DNA of 64,000 nucleotides from an uncultured Chloroflexia bacterium (GTDB lineage Bacteria > Chloroflexota > Limnocylindria > Limnocylindrales > CSP1-4): NCBI GenBank assembly GCA_963720755.1, contig CAVRGP010000013.1, positions 96,001 through 160,000 of the forward strand. Reading direction: 5' to 3'. Position numbers and translations under genes: made by a program. The notes beneath the pieces are model-generated. The model saw only the letters and a list, made by a program, of their open reading frames with translations. It was not told the origin of the DNA and did not search any database. Positions within the stretch are counted from its first letter, which is position 1; each line of letters opens with the position of its first letter. Below are positions 10,726 through 21,109 of the stretch, piece by piece.

Positions 10726-10895
10726 TTCCGCGCGACCCTGGCGCGGCCGCTCCAGTTCGGCTATGCTGCGCGCCTTCGTGCTCGATGAGGCGCTCCGGTC
10801 AGCGCCCCGGTCCATTGCCGTTTCGATCCCGAACCAAGTAGCGCCCTGACCGGATCCCGCACAGGCGGGCGGGCCACGTCAGGAGCCTTCTCCCC

Positions 10896-12398
10896 ATGTC
10901 CTTCGATCATCTCGGGCTGTCGCCCGAGCTTCTCCGTGCTGTCGCCCAGCAGGGCTACACGGAACCCACGCCGGTCCAGACCAAGTCGATCCCGCTCGTC
11001 CTGGCCGGACGCGACGTCCTGGCCGGTGCCCAGACCGGTACCGGCAAGACGGCTGCGTTCGTGCTGCCGATGCTCCAGCTGCTCCACGGATCGCGACCGA
11101 GCGGTCCGCGTGCCGTCCGGGCTCTGATCCTGACCCCGACGCGCGAGCTCGCGCTCCAGGTCGAGGAGAGCGTCCGGACCTACGGTGCCCAGAACCCGAT
11201 CCGTTCGACGACGATCTACGGCGGTGTCGGCTTCGATCCGCAGGTGCGCGCACTGCGAGCCGGACCCGAGATCGTTGTGGCGACACCCGGTCGCCTGCTC
11301 GATCACCTCGGACAGCGCACGATCGACCTCTCCCGGGTCGAGATCCTCGTCCTCGACGAGGCCGACCGGATGCTCGACATGGGCTTCATCCGGGATATCC
11401 GGAAGATCCTCGCGGTGCTCCCGGCGCGTCGGCAGAACCTGCTCTTCTCGGCGACCTTCTCCGATGAGATCCGGCGTCTGGCGGACGGGATGCTGCACGA
11501 ACCGGTCTCGGTCCAGGTGACCCCGCGCAATACCCCGACGGAACTCGTGACCCACGTGGTCCACATGGTCGATCGCGACCGGAAGCGTGAATTGCTGAGC
11601 CACCTGATCACGTCCGGACGGATCGACCAGGCACTCGTCTTCACCCGCACGAAGCACGGCGCCAACCGACTGGCCCAGCAGCTCGATCGCGACGGGATCA
11701 GCGCCACGGCGATCCACGGCAACAAGAGCCAGCCGCAGCGCGTTCGGGCGCTGGCCGATTTCAAGGCGGGTCGGTTCCAGATCCTCGTCGCCACCGAAGT
11801 CGCCGCGCGGGGTCTCGACATCGAGGCGCTCCCGCACGTCGTCAACTTCGAACTGCCGATGGTCCCGGAGGACTACGTCCACCGGATCGGGCGGACCGGC
11901 CGGGCCGGCGTCGATGGCGATGCGGTCTCGCTGGTCTGCGTGGACGAAGTCAAACTCCTCAACGACATCGAGCGCGTGCTTGGTCGAGGGATCCCGCGGG
12001 AGACGATCCCGGGGTACGAGCCGGATCCACGGATCCGACCCGAGCCGATCCTGCGCGGCGGTCTCGGTGGCGCACGACCGTCACGGTCGATGTCCGGAGC
12101 CGGGGCGCCTCGTCACGGAGGCAGTCCACGCCACCAGGGCGCACCGCGTTCAGGCGGCGCCCCGCGACCGAGTGGTGGGCAGCACCCAGCCGGCGTCTCG
12201 AGGTCCAACGGTGGATCGCGACCCGGGGGCCGCGGCGCCGGGTTCGCCGGACCGCGCCGCCCCGGTCAGGGGATCGGCAACGGCGCGACAGCGCGTCCAT
12301 CGGATGCGAGCCCACGCCCGGGGTCGCGACATCCCGGTCCCGGCACGGTCTTGCCGGGCGAACGGATCAGCGGGAACGGCGGCCGCGCCGGTCGCTGA
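10896..12398 (+). CDS. rhlE: DEAD-box RNA helicase RhlE-like with Gly/Arg-rich tail
   Basis: Q motif, [32 protein letters not shown]. Confidence 0.9.
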   Translation: MSFDHLGLSPELLRAVAQQGYTEPTPVQTKSIPLVLAGRDVLAGAQTGTGKTAAFVLPMLQLLHGSRPSGPRAVRALILTPTRELALQVEESVRTYGAQNPIRSTTIYGGVGFDPQVRALRAGPEIVVATPGRLLDHLGQRTIDLSRVEILVLDEADRMLDMGFIRDIRKILAVLPARRQNLLFSATFSDEIRRLADGMLHEPVSVQVTPRNTPTELVTHVVHMVDRDRKRELLSHLITSGRIDQALVFTRTKHGANRLAQQLDRDGISATAIHGNKSQPQRVRALADFKAGRFQILVATEVAARGLDIEALPHVVNFELPMVPEDYVHRIGRTGRAGVDGDAVSLVCVDEVKLLNDIERVLGRGIPRETIPGYEPDPRIRPEPILRGGLGGARPSRSMSGAGAPRHGGSPRHQGAPRSGGAPRPSGGQHPAGVSRSNGGSRPGGRGAGFAGPRRPGQGIGNGATARPSDASPRPGSRHPGPGTVLPGERISGNGGRAGR

Positions 12399-12411
12399 GA
12401 CTGCGAGTGCG

Positions 12412-12438
12412 CCGGCGGGCCGATGATCGACCCGCCGG
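12412..12438. terminator. GC hairpin between convergent genes
   Basis: CCGGCGGG...CCCGCCGG stem; no U-tract. Confidence 0.45.
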
Positions 12439-12445
12439 GATCGGC

Positions 12446-13171
12446 CTAGTCCTGCGTGTGGTGGACCTTGTTCTGCCGCTTCGCCGCCTTCATCGCGGCC
12501 TTCTCGGCCTTGGCTGCGGCGTGATCGGCCTTCGCGTTCCCGTGTCCGGCCTTGGCCACCTCACTGACCGCTCCGCCGTGGTTGCAGTTCTTGCCACCGA
12601 CGGCATCTGACTGCGCGATCTCGGAGACGGCCTTGCCGTGGGCGTTCGGTGCCGGGACCACGGTCGGGTCGACCGGAGTCGGCACGAACGTCGTGGGCGG
12701 GCACACCGTCGGCGTCGGGTCGACGGTGGTTTCGGGCGTGTCCTGGGTTTCCGGCGTGTCCTGGGTCTCCGGCGTGTCCGTGTCGCACGAATCGACGGTC
12801 GTATCCGGTGTGGCCGCATCGGCCGTTGTCTCGTCAGCCGAGTCGCTGTCGGCCGAGTCGCAGGTGTCCGACGTCCCGGTGGCGACCGAGCTGACATACC
12901 CGCCGTGGTTGCAGTTCTCACCGCCGGTCCAGTCGGTCTGGGCAGCCTCGCTGACGGAGATCGTGCCGTCCCCATTGAGGTCGGCGGCCGCGAAGGCCGC
13001 TTCGGCTGCAGTCTGGTCCGGAGTCACGACCGTCTGGCACGTGTCGGCGACGCCGTTGCCGTCGAGGTCATCCGCCCTCAGGGCCGTGGCGAATGCGGTG
13101 CCGGCCAGCGACAGGACCAGGATCCCGGCGGCGGCCCCGGCAGACCATCGACTTCGGAGGCGAATGGACAT
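12446..13171 (-). CDS. Secreted acidic protein with EF-hand-like Ca-binding loops and NHG repeats
   Basis: Signal-peptide-like N-terminus (AGTAFA), DLNGDGTISVSE loop, DLDGNGVADTC, two NCNHGGxVSxVA motifs, Lys/Ala tail. Confidence 0.7.
   Translation of the reverse strand: MSIRLRSRWSAGAAAGILVLSLAGTAFATALRADDLDGNGVADTCQTVVTPDQTAAEAAFAAADLNGDGTISVSEAAQTDWTGGENCNHGGYVSSVATGTSDTCDSADSDSADETTADAATPDTTVDSCDTDTPETQDTPETQDTPETTVDPTPTVCPPTTFVPTPVDPTVVPAPNAHGKAVSEIAQSDAVGGKNCNHGGAVSEVAKAGHGNAKADHAAAKAEKAAMKAAKRQNKVHHTQD
12728..12778 (-). repeat. 18-bp coding tandem repeat x~3 (DTPETQ)
   Basis: ggtttcgggcgtgtcctg / ggtttccggcgtgtcctg / ggtctccggcgtgtc on + strand. Confidence 0.85.
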
Positions 13172-13546
13172 GGGTGTCGTTTCTCCCGCGTGGTTTGGTA
13201 CCGGAGGGTCGAGGTCGACCGCGGTCGTCATGCGTGCGACACGAAGGTATCGCGTCTGGTCGCGGCCCCGAGACCCGTACCTTCGTCCCAATGCTGCGAT
13301 TCCGCAAACGGTTCCTGCCACGGACCGTTGTGGAAGAGTGGGCTCGGGTGGGGACTGGCCGGGTGCGAGAGGGCACCACGTGATCGTCCGGTCGGCACGG
13401 GCCTGCGCAGCGAGCGACTCCGGCCGCTGGGTGCTCCGTGCTGGATCGGCCCGAGCGGGCGCCGAGCCACAGCGTAGAATGCATCTTGCGAAACTGCGAC
13501 GCATTGCCCGCCAGATGAGCGGGCGCAACCTGGAGGGAACCACGGC

Positions 13547-13912
13547 TTGAACAACTTGGGCGATTTCTTTCTCTGGACCATCGAGGTCTTCTTCCTGATT
13601 CTCGCGATCTGGGTGTTCATCGCGATCTTCTCGGACATCTTCCGCCGCACGGACATCCACGGCGGCGCGAAGGCCGGCTGGATCCTCCTGATCTTCATCC
13701 TGCCGTTCCTCGGCTGCCTGATCTACATCATCGCGCGGCCAAAGGTGACCCCCGGTGACGTCCAGATGATGGCCCGGGCCGATGCGGCCAACGCAGCCGT
13801 CGCCGGCGTTTCGACCGCCGACGAGCTGGCCAAGCTGCAGCAGCTCAAGGACGCCGGCACGATCACGCCGGCCGAGTACGACTCGCTCAAGGCGAAGACA
13901 CTCGCAAGCTGA
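13547..13912 (+). CDS. PLDc_N-like membrane protein with C-terminal SHOCT domain
   Basis: DIFRRTDIHGGAKAGWILLIFILPFLGCLIY and DELAKLQQLKDAGTITPAEYDSLKAK; GGAGG SD, TTG start. Confidence 0.85.
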   Translation: MNNLGDFFLWTIEVFFLILAIWVFIAIFSDIFRRTDIHGGAKAGWILLIFILPFLGCLIYIIARPKVTPGDVQMMARADAANAAVAGVSTADELAKLQQLKDAGTITPAEYDSLKAKTLAS

Positions 13913-13945
13913 CCACGGCGCTCAGCGCCTGATCGATCGCACTCA

Positions 13946-13979
13946 AAGAGACCACCGGCGTTCGCACCGGTGGTCTCTT
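13946..13979. terminator. Intrinsic terminator-like hairpin (possibly bidirectional)
   Basis: AAGAGACCACCGG-cgTTCGca-CCGGTGGTCTCTT, 13-bp perfect stem between convergent genes. Confidence 0.8.
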
Positions 13980-14014
13980 GATTCGCGGCCCAGCCCGATG
14001 CGGGTCGGCGTCAC

Positions 14015-15755
14015 TCAGGCGCCCGGTTCTGTCCCTCTGCCGATCGTCTTCTCCGATGCCTCCTTGAAAGCCTGGACGCCTTCGGTCACCGAACGATAGA
14101 AGTGGCTCGCGTCGACCGTCTCGAGGAGCCCGTACCGGACGATCGAGTCGCGGACCGCGGACTGGAGTTCGGCGAACGCGAGGTGGATCCCCGCCGCGTT
14201 CAATTCGACGTCGAGGTCCGCGAGCACGGTGCCGGCCGTCGTGTCGATGTCGGTGATCGGCTCAGCGGCGACGAGCACCCACTGCGGCGGTGTTTCGGCG
14301 TCCCTGATGAGATCTCTGATCCGGTCGCGGAACTGGCTCGCATTGGCGAAGAAGAGCGGTGCCGACCAGCGGACGATGAGCAGACCCGGTACCTGGACGG
14401 CGTCCGGATATCGGCCGACGTCGTGGTAACCCGGGGAAGTCGGGCGCGATGCCGAGCACCGCCGAATACGGGGCCCACGCTCGCTTGAAGACGTAGATCA
14501 CCGACAGCACGACCGCGACGACGATCCCCTGCAGGACGCCGATGAACATGACCCCGACCGCACAGGCGACCGCAAGGGCGAACTCAGGCCGTCGAACCCG
14601 GTACAGCCGACGCAGTTCCGCCACATCGAACAGGCTGATCGACGCGGCGATGACGACCGCAGCGAGCACCGGCTGTGGCATCGCCTGGACGAGGCCGGGG
14701 ACGAACAGCAGCATGGCGAGCACGAACGCCGCCGCGATCAGGCCGGTCAGCTGGGTCTTCGCTCCGGACTGGAATGAGACGGCGGTCCTCGACCCACTGG
14801 TGCTCACGGCGAACCCGGAGAACAGTCCGGCGGCCAGGTTGGCGGAGCCGATCCCGACCAGCTCCTGGTTGCCATCGACCTCGTAGCCGGCCCGCGCCGA
14901 GAACCCGCCCGAGACCGAGATCGTGTCGCCGATGGCGACGAGCGAGATCCCCACGGCCGCCGCGAACAATAGCGGCATGTCGTCGAGCGGGGCGCCGGGG
15001 AGCGTCGGCATCGGGAAACCCTGGGGCAGGACGCCGATCACGGACACGCCACGAGCCGCCAGGTCGAGGACCATCGACAGCGCGATCGCGACCACGACGG
15101 CGATGAGGATGCCGGGCGTTCTCGGCGAGAGCCGCTTGAGGCCGAGGATGATCGCCAGGCTGAGGAGGCCGATCGCGAGGGCCCACGGGTTCGTCATGTC
15201 GAGGCCATGGACGAAGGCGGCCGCTTCAGCGACCAGGCCATCGGCGTCCGTCGAGAAGCCGAACAGCTTGGGCAACTGGCCGATGAGGATGACGACGGCG
15301 AGGCCGGCCAGGTAGCCGGTCCGCACCGGGTTCGACAACAAGTCCGCGACGAAGCCGAGTTTGGCGAACCCCGCGCCGACCGTCACCAGCCCGACGAGGA
15401 GCGCGAGCATCCCGGCGAGCGCGACCGCCATCTCCTGGCTGCCCGCGGCAAGCGGCAGGATCGTCGCGGCGATCATCGGCGCGAGCGCCGAGTCCGGACC
15501 GAGGACCAGGATCGGCGACGGTCCCACGAGCGCATACGCGACAAGGCAGACGACCGTCGTGTACAGGCCGGTGATCGCCGGCAGTCCAGCCAGCTCGGCG
15601 TACGCCATCCCCTGTGGCACCAGCAGTGTCACGAGGACGATGCCGGCGATCAGGTCATGGGTGAGCCACGACCGTTCGTACGTCCGCATCGCCCGGACGC
15701 CGGGCATCCAGCGCTCGGCGGCGCGCAGCCGCGAACCAGCGACGACCCTGGTCAT
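14015..15755 (-). pseudogene. SulP/SLC26 anion transporter, frameshifted before the STAS domain
   Basis: DLIAGI...VPQGMAYA, GPDS and NQEL..IG.AN motifs; one extra base near 14428-14436 moves STAS (PLFFANA...TDIDTTA) to another frame ending at 14015; could be a sequencing error. Confidence 0.8.
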
Positions 15756-15830
15756 CGGCTCGACGCCGGTCGGCCGGACCGAGGGATCGATCGCGCGGCG
15801 AGGTGTCGCGCGACCCCATACACCCTGGGA

Positions 15831-18602
15831 TCAGGCGGCGGCTGGCACCGACGCCACCGCGGCGGAAGCATCAGTCTCCTCGACCGTCCGGATCTTGAGC
15901 AGCTTCCTGCCTTCCTCGACGACGATGAGCGACAACGCGACGATGATGCAGATGGCCCACTGGTCGATCGACAGGCTCACCGTCCCGAGGACCCGCTGCA
16001 GGACGCCAAGCTCGGTCGCGAACAGGATCGTCAGGACCGAGATTCCCGTCCCGATGAGGAGCGGGCGGTTGGCGAGGACGGACCCACCGAAGAGCGACTC
16101 ATCCTCATCCGCCGTCTCCAGCGAGGAGAAGAGCCGGAAGAGGGCGAACGTGGTCATGCCCATCGTCCGGGCCACCGTGTCACCCAGACCGGATCCGCTT
16201 GCCCAGGCCAGGACGCCCAGGGTCCCGGCGGCCATGATCAGGCCGCAGAGCACGAGCCAGCGCGTCAGGCGCGGCGGCATGATCTTCTGCTCCTTCGGTC
16301 GCGGTGGGACCGCCATGAGGCCCTCACGCGGCTTGCCGTAACCCAGGCCGATCGCCTGGAACACGTTGACCGTGAAGTTGAGCCACATCGTCTGGAGTGG
16401 CAGGAACGGGATCCCACCCAGGATGTTGAGCAGGGACGAGCCGAGGAACGTGGCGATGAAGCCGAACAGACCGGCCATCTGGAAACGGATGAAGCGCATG
16501 AGGTTGTCATAGACCGAGCGTCCCAGGCCGACGGCCTTGACGATCGTGGCGTAGTTGTCGTCGGTCAGGATCATCACGGCGGCCTGCTTCGAGACCTCCG
16601 TCCCGGTGATCCCCATCGCGATCCCGATGTCGGCCTTCTTGAGGGCCGGAGCGTCGTTGACGCCATCGCCGGTCATCCCGACGACGTGGCCTTTCTTGCG
16701 GAGGATGTCGACGAGGTGGACCTTGTCCTCCGGCGACACCCGGGCGATGACGCCGATGCCATCGATCTGGCGCATCGCCTCGTCGTCGCTCATCGCGCGG
16801 AAGTCGGCGCCGGTGATCGCCCGGCCCTTGATCCCGAGCTGGTGAGCGATTGCCTCGGCGGTGACCGCGTGGTCACCCGTGATCATCCGGACCTGGATCC
16901 CGGCCGCATGGGCCTGCGCGATCGCGTCCTTTGCCGCCGGGCGTGGCGGATCGACGATCCCGACGATCGCCAGGAGCGTGAGCCCGTCGATCGCGGGGAG
17001 CAGGTCGGCATTCGGATCGAACGTCGCCGGGTCGAAGTCCTTCTGGCCGGTGGCCATGACCCGGAGACCCATCGTACCGAGACGCTCGTTCTCGGCAAGG
17101 TAGGCGTCGCGGATCTGCGCAACCGGGACCGCGACCCCGTCCGGCCCATGGGCGGTCGTGGCGCGGGCCAGGAGTTGATCCGGTGCGCCCTTGATGTAGC
17201 CACGGATGACGTCGCGGCCGTTCGCATCTTTCATGGCATGGAATGTGGCCATCATCTTGTAGGCGGCATCGAAGGGAAGGGTCGCGACTCGCGGGTATTG
17301 CTCACGGGTGAGAGATGGGTCGACGCCCCCCTTCGCCGCGAGCACGACGAGCGCCCCTTCGGTCGGATCGCCCACGAGTGCGCCGTCGCGGACCTCGGCG
17401 TCGGCGCACAGCGCCATCGGCAGGAAGTACGGCTCGAGCGGAACGTCGGGCTGGCCGCCGGTCTTGGTGATCTGACCGGTCGTCTGGTAGCCGTCGCCGC
17501 TGATCGCGTAGCGCCGGCCGACGATCGCCATCTGGACGGCCGTCATCTGGTTGAGGGTGAGCGTGCCGGTCTTGTCGGAGTTGAGCGCGGACGTGGAGCC
17601 GAGCGTCTCGACCGAGCGCAGCCGCTTCATGATCGCGCCGGCCTCGGCCAGCGTCTGCGAGCCCTTGGACAGGATGGCGGTGACGACGGCCGGGAGGGCG
17701 GTCGGGATCGCCGCCACCGCGAACGCGACGGCGCTCAGGAACAGCTCCTGCGCCTGGATCCCGCGGTACAGGCCGAGGGCGATCGAGACGACGAGCGCGA
17801 TCCCGGCGATGACCAGGATCTGGTTGGTCAGCGCGTCGAGCTGCTTGGTCAACGGCGTCTTCTCGATACCCGTTGCCTGAAGCATCCCGCTGATGTGGCC
17901 GACCTCGGTCCCCATCCCGGTGGTCGTGACGAGGATGGTGCCCGCGCCGCGGGTCACCTGGCAGTTCATGAAGGCCATGTCGACGCGATCGCCGAGGGCG
18001 GCGTCGGCCGCGACGGCGTCAACCTGCTTGGGTGTCGGGACGCTTTCGCCGGTGAGCGCCGATTCGTCGATCTCGAGGGTCGCCGCGGACAGGATCCGGG
18101 CGTCGGCCGGGACGAGATCGCCGGCCTCGATGTTGACGATGTCGCCGGGGACGAGCTGGTCCATCGGGATCTCGACGAGATCGCCGCCGCGACGGACCTT
18201 CGCCTTGACCACCATCATGCTCTGGAGGGCCGAAGCGCTCGCTTCTGCCTTGCCCTCCTGGTTCATGGCCATCCAGGCGTTGAACATCGTGAGCAGGAGC
18301 AGGAAGACGCCGGTGTAGAACTGACCGGGCAGGAACAGGCAGATGATCCCGGCGACCAGGAGGACGAGCTGCATCGGGTCGGCGTACTGCCGCGCGAACA
18401 GCTGCCACTTGGACGCCTTCTTGGCCTGGGCGAACGTGTTCGCCCCGTACTTGGCGCGTCGCCCATCGGCTTCGGCCGACGTCAGGCCGACCGCGGGATC
18501 GACCTCGAGGCGGCTGGCGGCCTCGGCCCCCGTGAGGGAGTACCAGGCGACATCGGGCGCAGCCTGGGCGGATCCGGCCGCCGGAGCGGTCGATGCGGTC
18601 AT
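15831..18602 (-). CDS. Cation-transporting P-type ATPase (type II, Ca2+-like)
   Basis: LTGES, DKTGTLT, KGAPD, MITGD, TGDGVNDAPALK. Confidence 0.95.
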   Translation of the reverse strand: MTASTAPAAGSAQAAPDVAWYSLTGAEAASRLEVDPAVGLTSAEADGRRAKYGANTFAQAKKASKWQLFARQYADPMQLVLLVAGIICLFLPGQFYTGVFLLLLTMFNAWMAMNQEGKAEASASALQSMMVVKAKVRRGGDLVEIPMDQLVPGDIVNIEAGDLVPADARILSAATLEIDESALTGESVPTPKQVDAVAADAALGDRVDMAFMNCQVTRGAGTILVTTTGMGTEVGHISGMLQATGIEKTPLTKQLDALTNQILVIAGIALVVSIALGLYRGIQAQELFLSAVAFAVAAIPTALPAVVTAILSKGSQTLAEAGAIMKRLRSVETLGSTSALNSDKTGTLTLNQMTAVQMAIVGRRYAISGDGYQTTGQITKTGGQPDVPLEPYFLPMALCADAEVRDGALVGDPTEGALVVLAAKGGVDPSLTREQYPRVATLPFDAAYKMMATFHAMKDANGRDVIRGYIKGAPDQLLARATTAHGPDGVAVPVAQIRDAYLAENERLGTMGLRVMATGQKDFDPATFDPNADLLPAIDGLTLLAIVGIVDPPRPAAKDAIAQAHAAGIQVRMITGDHAVTAEAIAHQLGIKGRAITGADFRAMSDDEAMRQIDGIGVIARVSPEDKVHLVDILRKKGHVVGMTGDGVNDAPALKKADIGIAMGITGTEVSKQAAVMILTDDNYATIVKAVGLGRSVYDNLMRFIRFQMAGLFGFIATFLGSSLLNILGGIPFLPLQTMWLNFTVNVFQAIGLGYGKPREGLMAVPPRPKEQKIMPPRLTRWLVLCGLIMAAGTLGVLAWASGSGLGDTVARTMGMTTFALFRLFSSLETADEDESLFGGSVLANRPLLIGTGISVLTILFATELGVLQRVLGTVSLSIDQWAICIIVALSLIVVEEGRKLLKIRTVEETDASAAVASVPAAA

Positions 18603-19582
18603 GACTTCTTCCCCTTCCCCTTCTTCGCCTTCCTGGCGGCCTTCTCGGCAAGGTCGGCTTCGACCGGGTCGGGGGCTGCGCCGGGAGGAGCCGCCCCCTC
18701 GAGCGCGACCTTCTGCGCCTGGAGTTCCTCGTGGGCCTCTCTCGAGACCTTCGGGAACTGCGGGTCGATCTCGATCAGGGTGTTGGCCAGGACGCCGGCC
18801 GCAGCGACCCGGGCGAATGGCTTGTCATCGGCGGGGATCACGTACCACGGCGCCCACGGCGTGCTCGTCTTGGACAGCACGTCGCTGAATGCCTTCTGGT
18901 AGTCGTCCCAGTAGGCTCGTTCCTTGGCGTCGTTGGCGCTGAACTTCCAGTTGCGGTCGGCGTCGTCGATCCGGGTCAGGAACCGGCGCCGCTGCTCCTC
19001 CTTGCTGACGTTGAGGAACAGCTTGACGAAGCGGAACCCCTGGTCGGTCAGGTAGTGCTCCCAATCGTTGATCTCGCGGAAGCGCCGGTTCCAGATCCCC
19101 CGGTCCTTGAGCTTCTTGGGGATCTTCTGGCCGGCCAGGATCTGGGGATGGACCCGGACGACGAGGACCTCCTCGTAGTACGAGCGGTTGAAGATGCCGA
19201 TGTTGCCTCGTTCGGGCAGCTTCTTGGCGTAGCGCCACAGGTAGTCGTGGTTCAGGTCTTCCGATGAAGGGATCTTGAAGCTGCTGACCTGGACGCCCTG
19301 CGGGTTCACCCCGCTCATGACGTGGCGGATCGTGCCGTCCTTGCCGGCCGCGTCCATCGCCTGGAGGACCATGACCACGCCGTAGGTGTCCTGGGCGGCG
19401 AGGCGCGTCTGGTATTCGGCGAGCAGGCCGACCCCCTCGGCGAGGATCTGCTTGGCTTCCTTGACGCTTATCCGGCGGGATCCTGCGGGATCGAAATCGT
19501 CGGGCAACCGAACCCGCTTGCCGGGTTCGACACGGAACGGCTCGATGAACTCGGCGATCCGCTTCGGTCCGATGTCAGCCAT
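18599..19582 (-). CDS. ppk2: Polyphosphate kinase 2 family (class III-like)
   Basis: QAMDAAGKDG Walker A, GVNPQG, FNRSYYEEVL, WKFS, PWYVIPADDK. Confidence 0.92.
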   Translation of the reverse strand: MADIGPKRIAEFIEPFRVEPGKRVRLPDDFDPAGSRRISVKEAKQILAEGVGLLAEYQTRLAAQDTYGVVMVLQAMDAAGKDGTIRHVMSGVNPQGVQVSSFKIPSSEDLNHDYLWRYAKKLPERGNIGIFNRSYYEEVLVVRVHPQILAGQKIPKKLKDRGIWNRRFREINDWEHYLTDQGFRFVKLFLNVSKEEQRRRFLTRIDDADRNWKFSANDAKERAYWDDYQKAFSDVLSKTSTPWAPWYVIPADDKPFARVAAAGVLANTLIEIDPQFPKVSREAHEELQAQKVALEGAAPPGAAPDPVEADLAEKAARKAKKGKGKKS

Positions 19583-19784
19583 GGGGGATTCCCTTTCGCT
19601 CGGATGGTCAGCCCAACATGTTGGGACATGGCGTGGTAGTTCCGCAATGTTCGTCATCGCACCCGGCCCCGGGACATCGACCGAAGGCCCGTCTCGACGT
19701 GCCGTTCTACCCGTTCGGGCGCATCCGGAGAGGACTACGATACGAGCGGTGGTCGTCGATCAGATCACAGAAGGAGAGCTACGC

Positions 19785-20189
19785 GTGAAGAACCCACCGA
19801 TCCTCATCTCCGTCCTCGGCTTCTTTGCGGCCCTGGCCGGCTTCGCCTGGCTGTTCCTCGGCCTGCGGATCCTCGGGTTCGATTGGTTCGGGGCCTTGGG
19901 TGACCTTCCGGCGTTCGAGCACGTCGGCATCTGGGGCTGGCTGATCATCGGCCTGGGCATCCTCTGGCTGCTCGTCGCGCTCGGTCTGTGGGCGCTCCAG
20001 CCGTGGGCCTGGATGGTGGCCATGATCGTGGCCGGGCTCGCGCTGTTCGAGGCCTTCCTGTGGTTCGTTCAGTACCCTGGCAGCGGCGTCGGCTTCGGGA
20101 TGGCGTTCCTCCCGTTCATCATCATCCTGTACCTCAACGGCCGCGAGGTGCGGACCGCCTTTGGGGTCGACAACGCGCAGGCCGCCTGA
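19785..20189 (+). CDS. Four-helix membrane protein of unknown function
   Basis: Hydrophobic; GLWALQPWAW and YLNGREVRTAFG; AAGGAG SD before GTG. Confidence 0.75.
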   Translation: MKNPPILISVLGFFAALAGFAWLFLGLRILGFDWFGALGDLPAFEHVGIWGWLIIGLGILWLLVALGLWALQPWAWMVAMIVAGLALFEAFLWFVQYPGSGVGFGMAFLPFIIILYLNGREVRTAFGVDNAQAA

Positions 20190-20276
20190 CTCGCACCCAG
20201 GATTGCGCCGCCGGTCCATGCTTGCGTCCGATTGGACGCACGTCCAGTTCAACCTACGAACAAGGGAAGTGACGCA

Positions 20277-20744
20277 ATGACAGACCGATCGCTCGACGAG
20301 CTGGGGCCCGTCGATTTCCTGATCGTCGAGTTCCCGGCAGGGCAGCAGAACTTCACCGGCGAGGGCGCCGAGGAGCTCCTCCGGCTTCACGACGCCGGGA
20401 TCATCCGGGTGATGGACATCCTCATCCTGCAAAAAGGGGATGACGGGACCGTCATGGCGCAGGAGCTCGGCGATCTCGCCGACCTTGGCGAGCTGGCCCG
20501 GCTCGAGGCCGAACTCGTCGAGACGTTGGCCGAATCGGACGTCGATGACCTCGCCGCCGCGATGGATCCCGGGAGCGTCGCCGCCGTGCTCGTCTACGAG
20601 AATCTGTGGGCCGCGCCGTTCGCCTCGGCCATGCGCCGGGCCGGCGGGCAGCTGATCGCCAACGGCCGGATCCCGATCCAGGCCATCATCGCCGCTGTCG
20701 AGGCCGACGAGGCCGAGGCTGCACTCGAATCGGTAGGAGGCTGA
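20277..20744 (+). CDS. DUF6325/DUF1269-like acidic protein
   Basis: LGPVDFLIVEFP...GIIRVMDIL...AVLVYENLWAAPF...GRIP. Confidence 0.8.
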   Translation: MTDRSLDELGPVDFLIVEFPAGQQNFTGEGAEELLRLHDAGIIRVMDILILQKGDDGTVMAQELGDLADLGELARLEAELVETLAESDVDDLAAAMDPGSVAAVLVYENLWAAPFASAMRRAGGQLIANGRIPIQAIIAAVEADEAEAALESVGG

Positions 20745-20745
20745 C

Positions 20746-20952
20746 ATGCCGCTCGGTCCAGGTCGTAGAGGCGTCGGAGTCATCGGCGCCCCGGTCGCGA
20801 AAGCGGCCGTCGTCACCGCGGCGGTCAGGCCCGGTCCATCACCGGTCGCGAAAGCGGCCGTCGTCACCGCGGCGGTCAGGCCCGGTCCATCTCCGGTCGC
20901 CAAGGCCGCCGTCGTGGGCGCGGCCGTGACCCCAGGTCGTCGTCGCTTCTAG
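20746..20952 (+). CDS. 68-aa basic tandem-repeat peptide
   Basis: AGGAGG SD; three PVAKAAVVxAAVxPG units with synonymous divergence in unit 3. Confidence 0.75.
   Translation: MPLGPGRRGVGVIGAPVAKAAVVTAAVRPGPSPVAKAAVVTAAVRPGPSPVAKAAVVGAAVTPGRRRF
20791..20937 (+). repeat. 51-bp tandem repeat x~3
   Basis: Units start at 20791, 20842 and 20893; first two are nearly identical. Confidence 0.9.
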
Positions 20953-21109
20953 GTCGCGAGTCGGCCAACCATTCATACGGCGTCGGTGCCCCGGTCCGTG
21001 ACAGGGTCGGGGCACCGACATTCCGTCCATACACGGAATCGATGCGGCTCGTACTATCCGGAATCGTAGCGCCGATCGATGGGCTACCACCACGCAGGAG
21101 CTCACGCCA

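Noticed and set aside
15207-18902. 1231-aa + strand ORF
   Set aside because: Antisense shadow of the P-type ATPase, SulP and ppk2; Arg/Gly/Asp-rich with no motifs, typical of high-GC DNA
20791-20937. Possible CRISPR array
   Set aside because: Contiguous 51-bp in-frame units with no spacers and no cas genes
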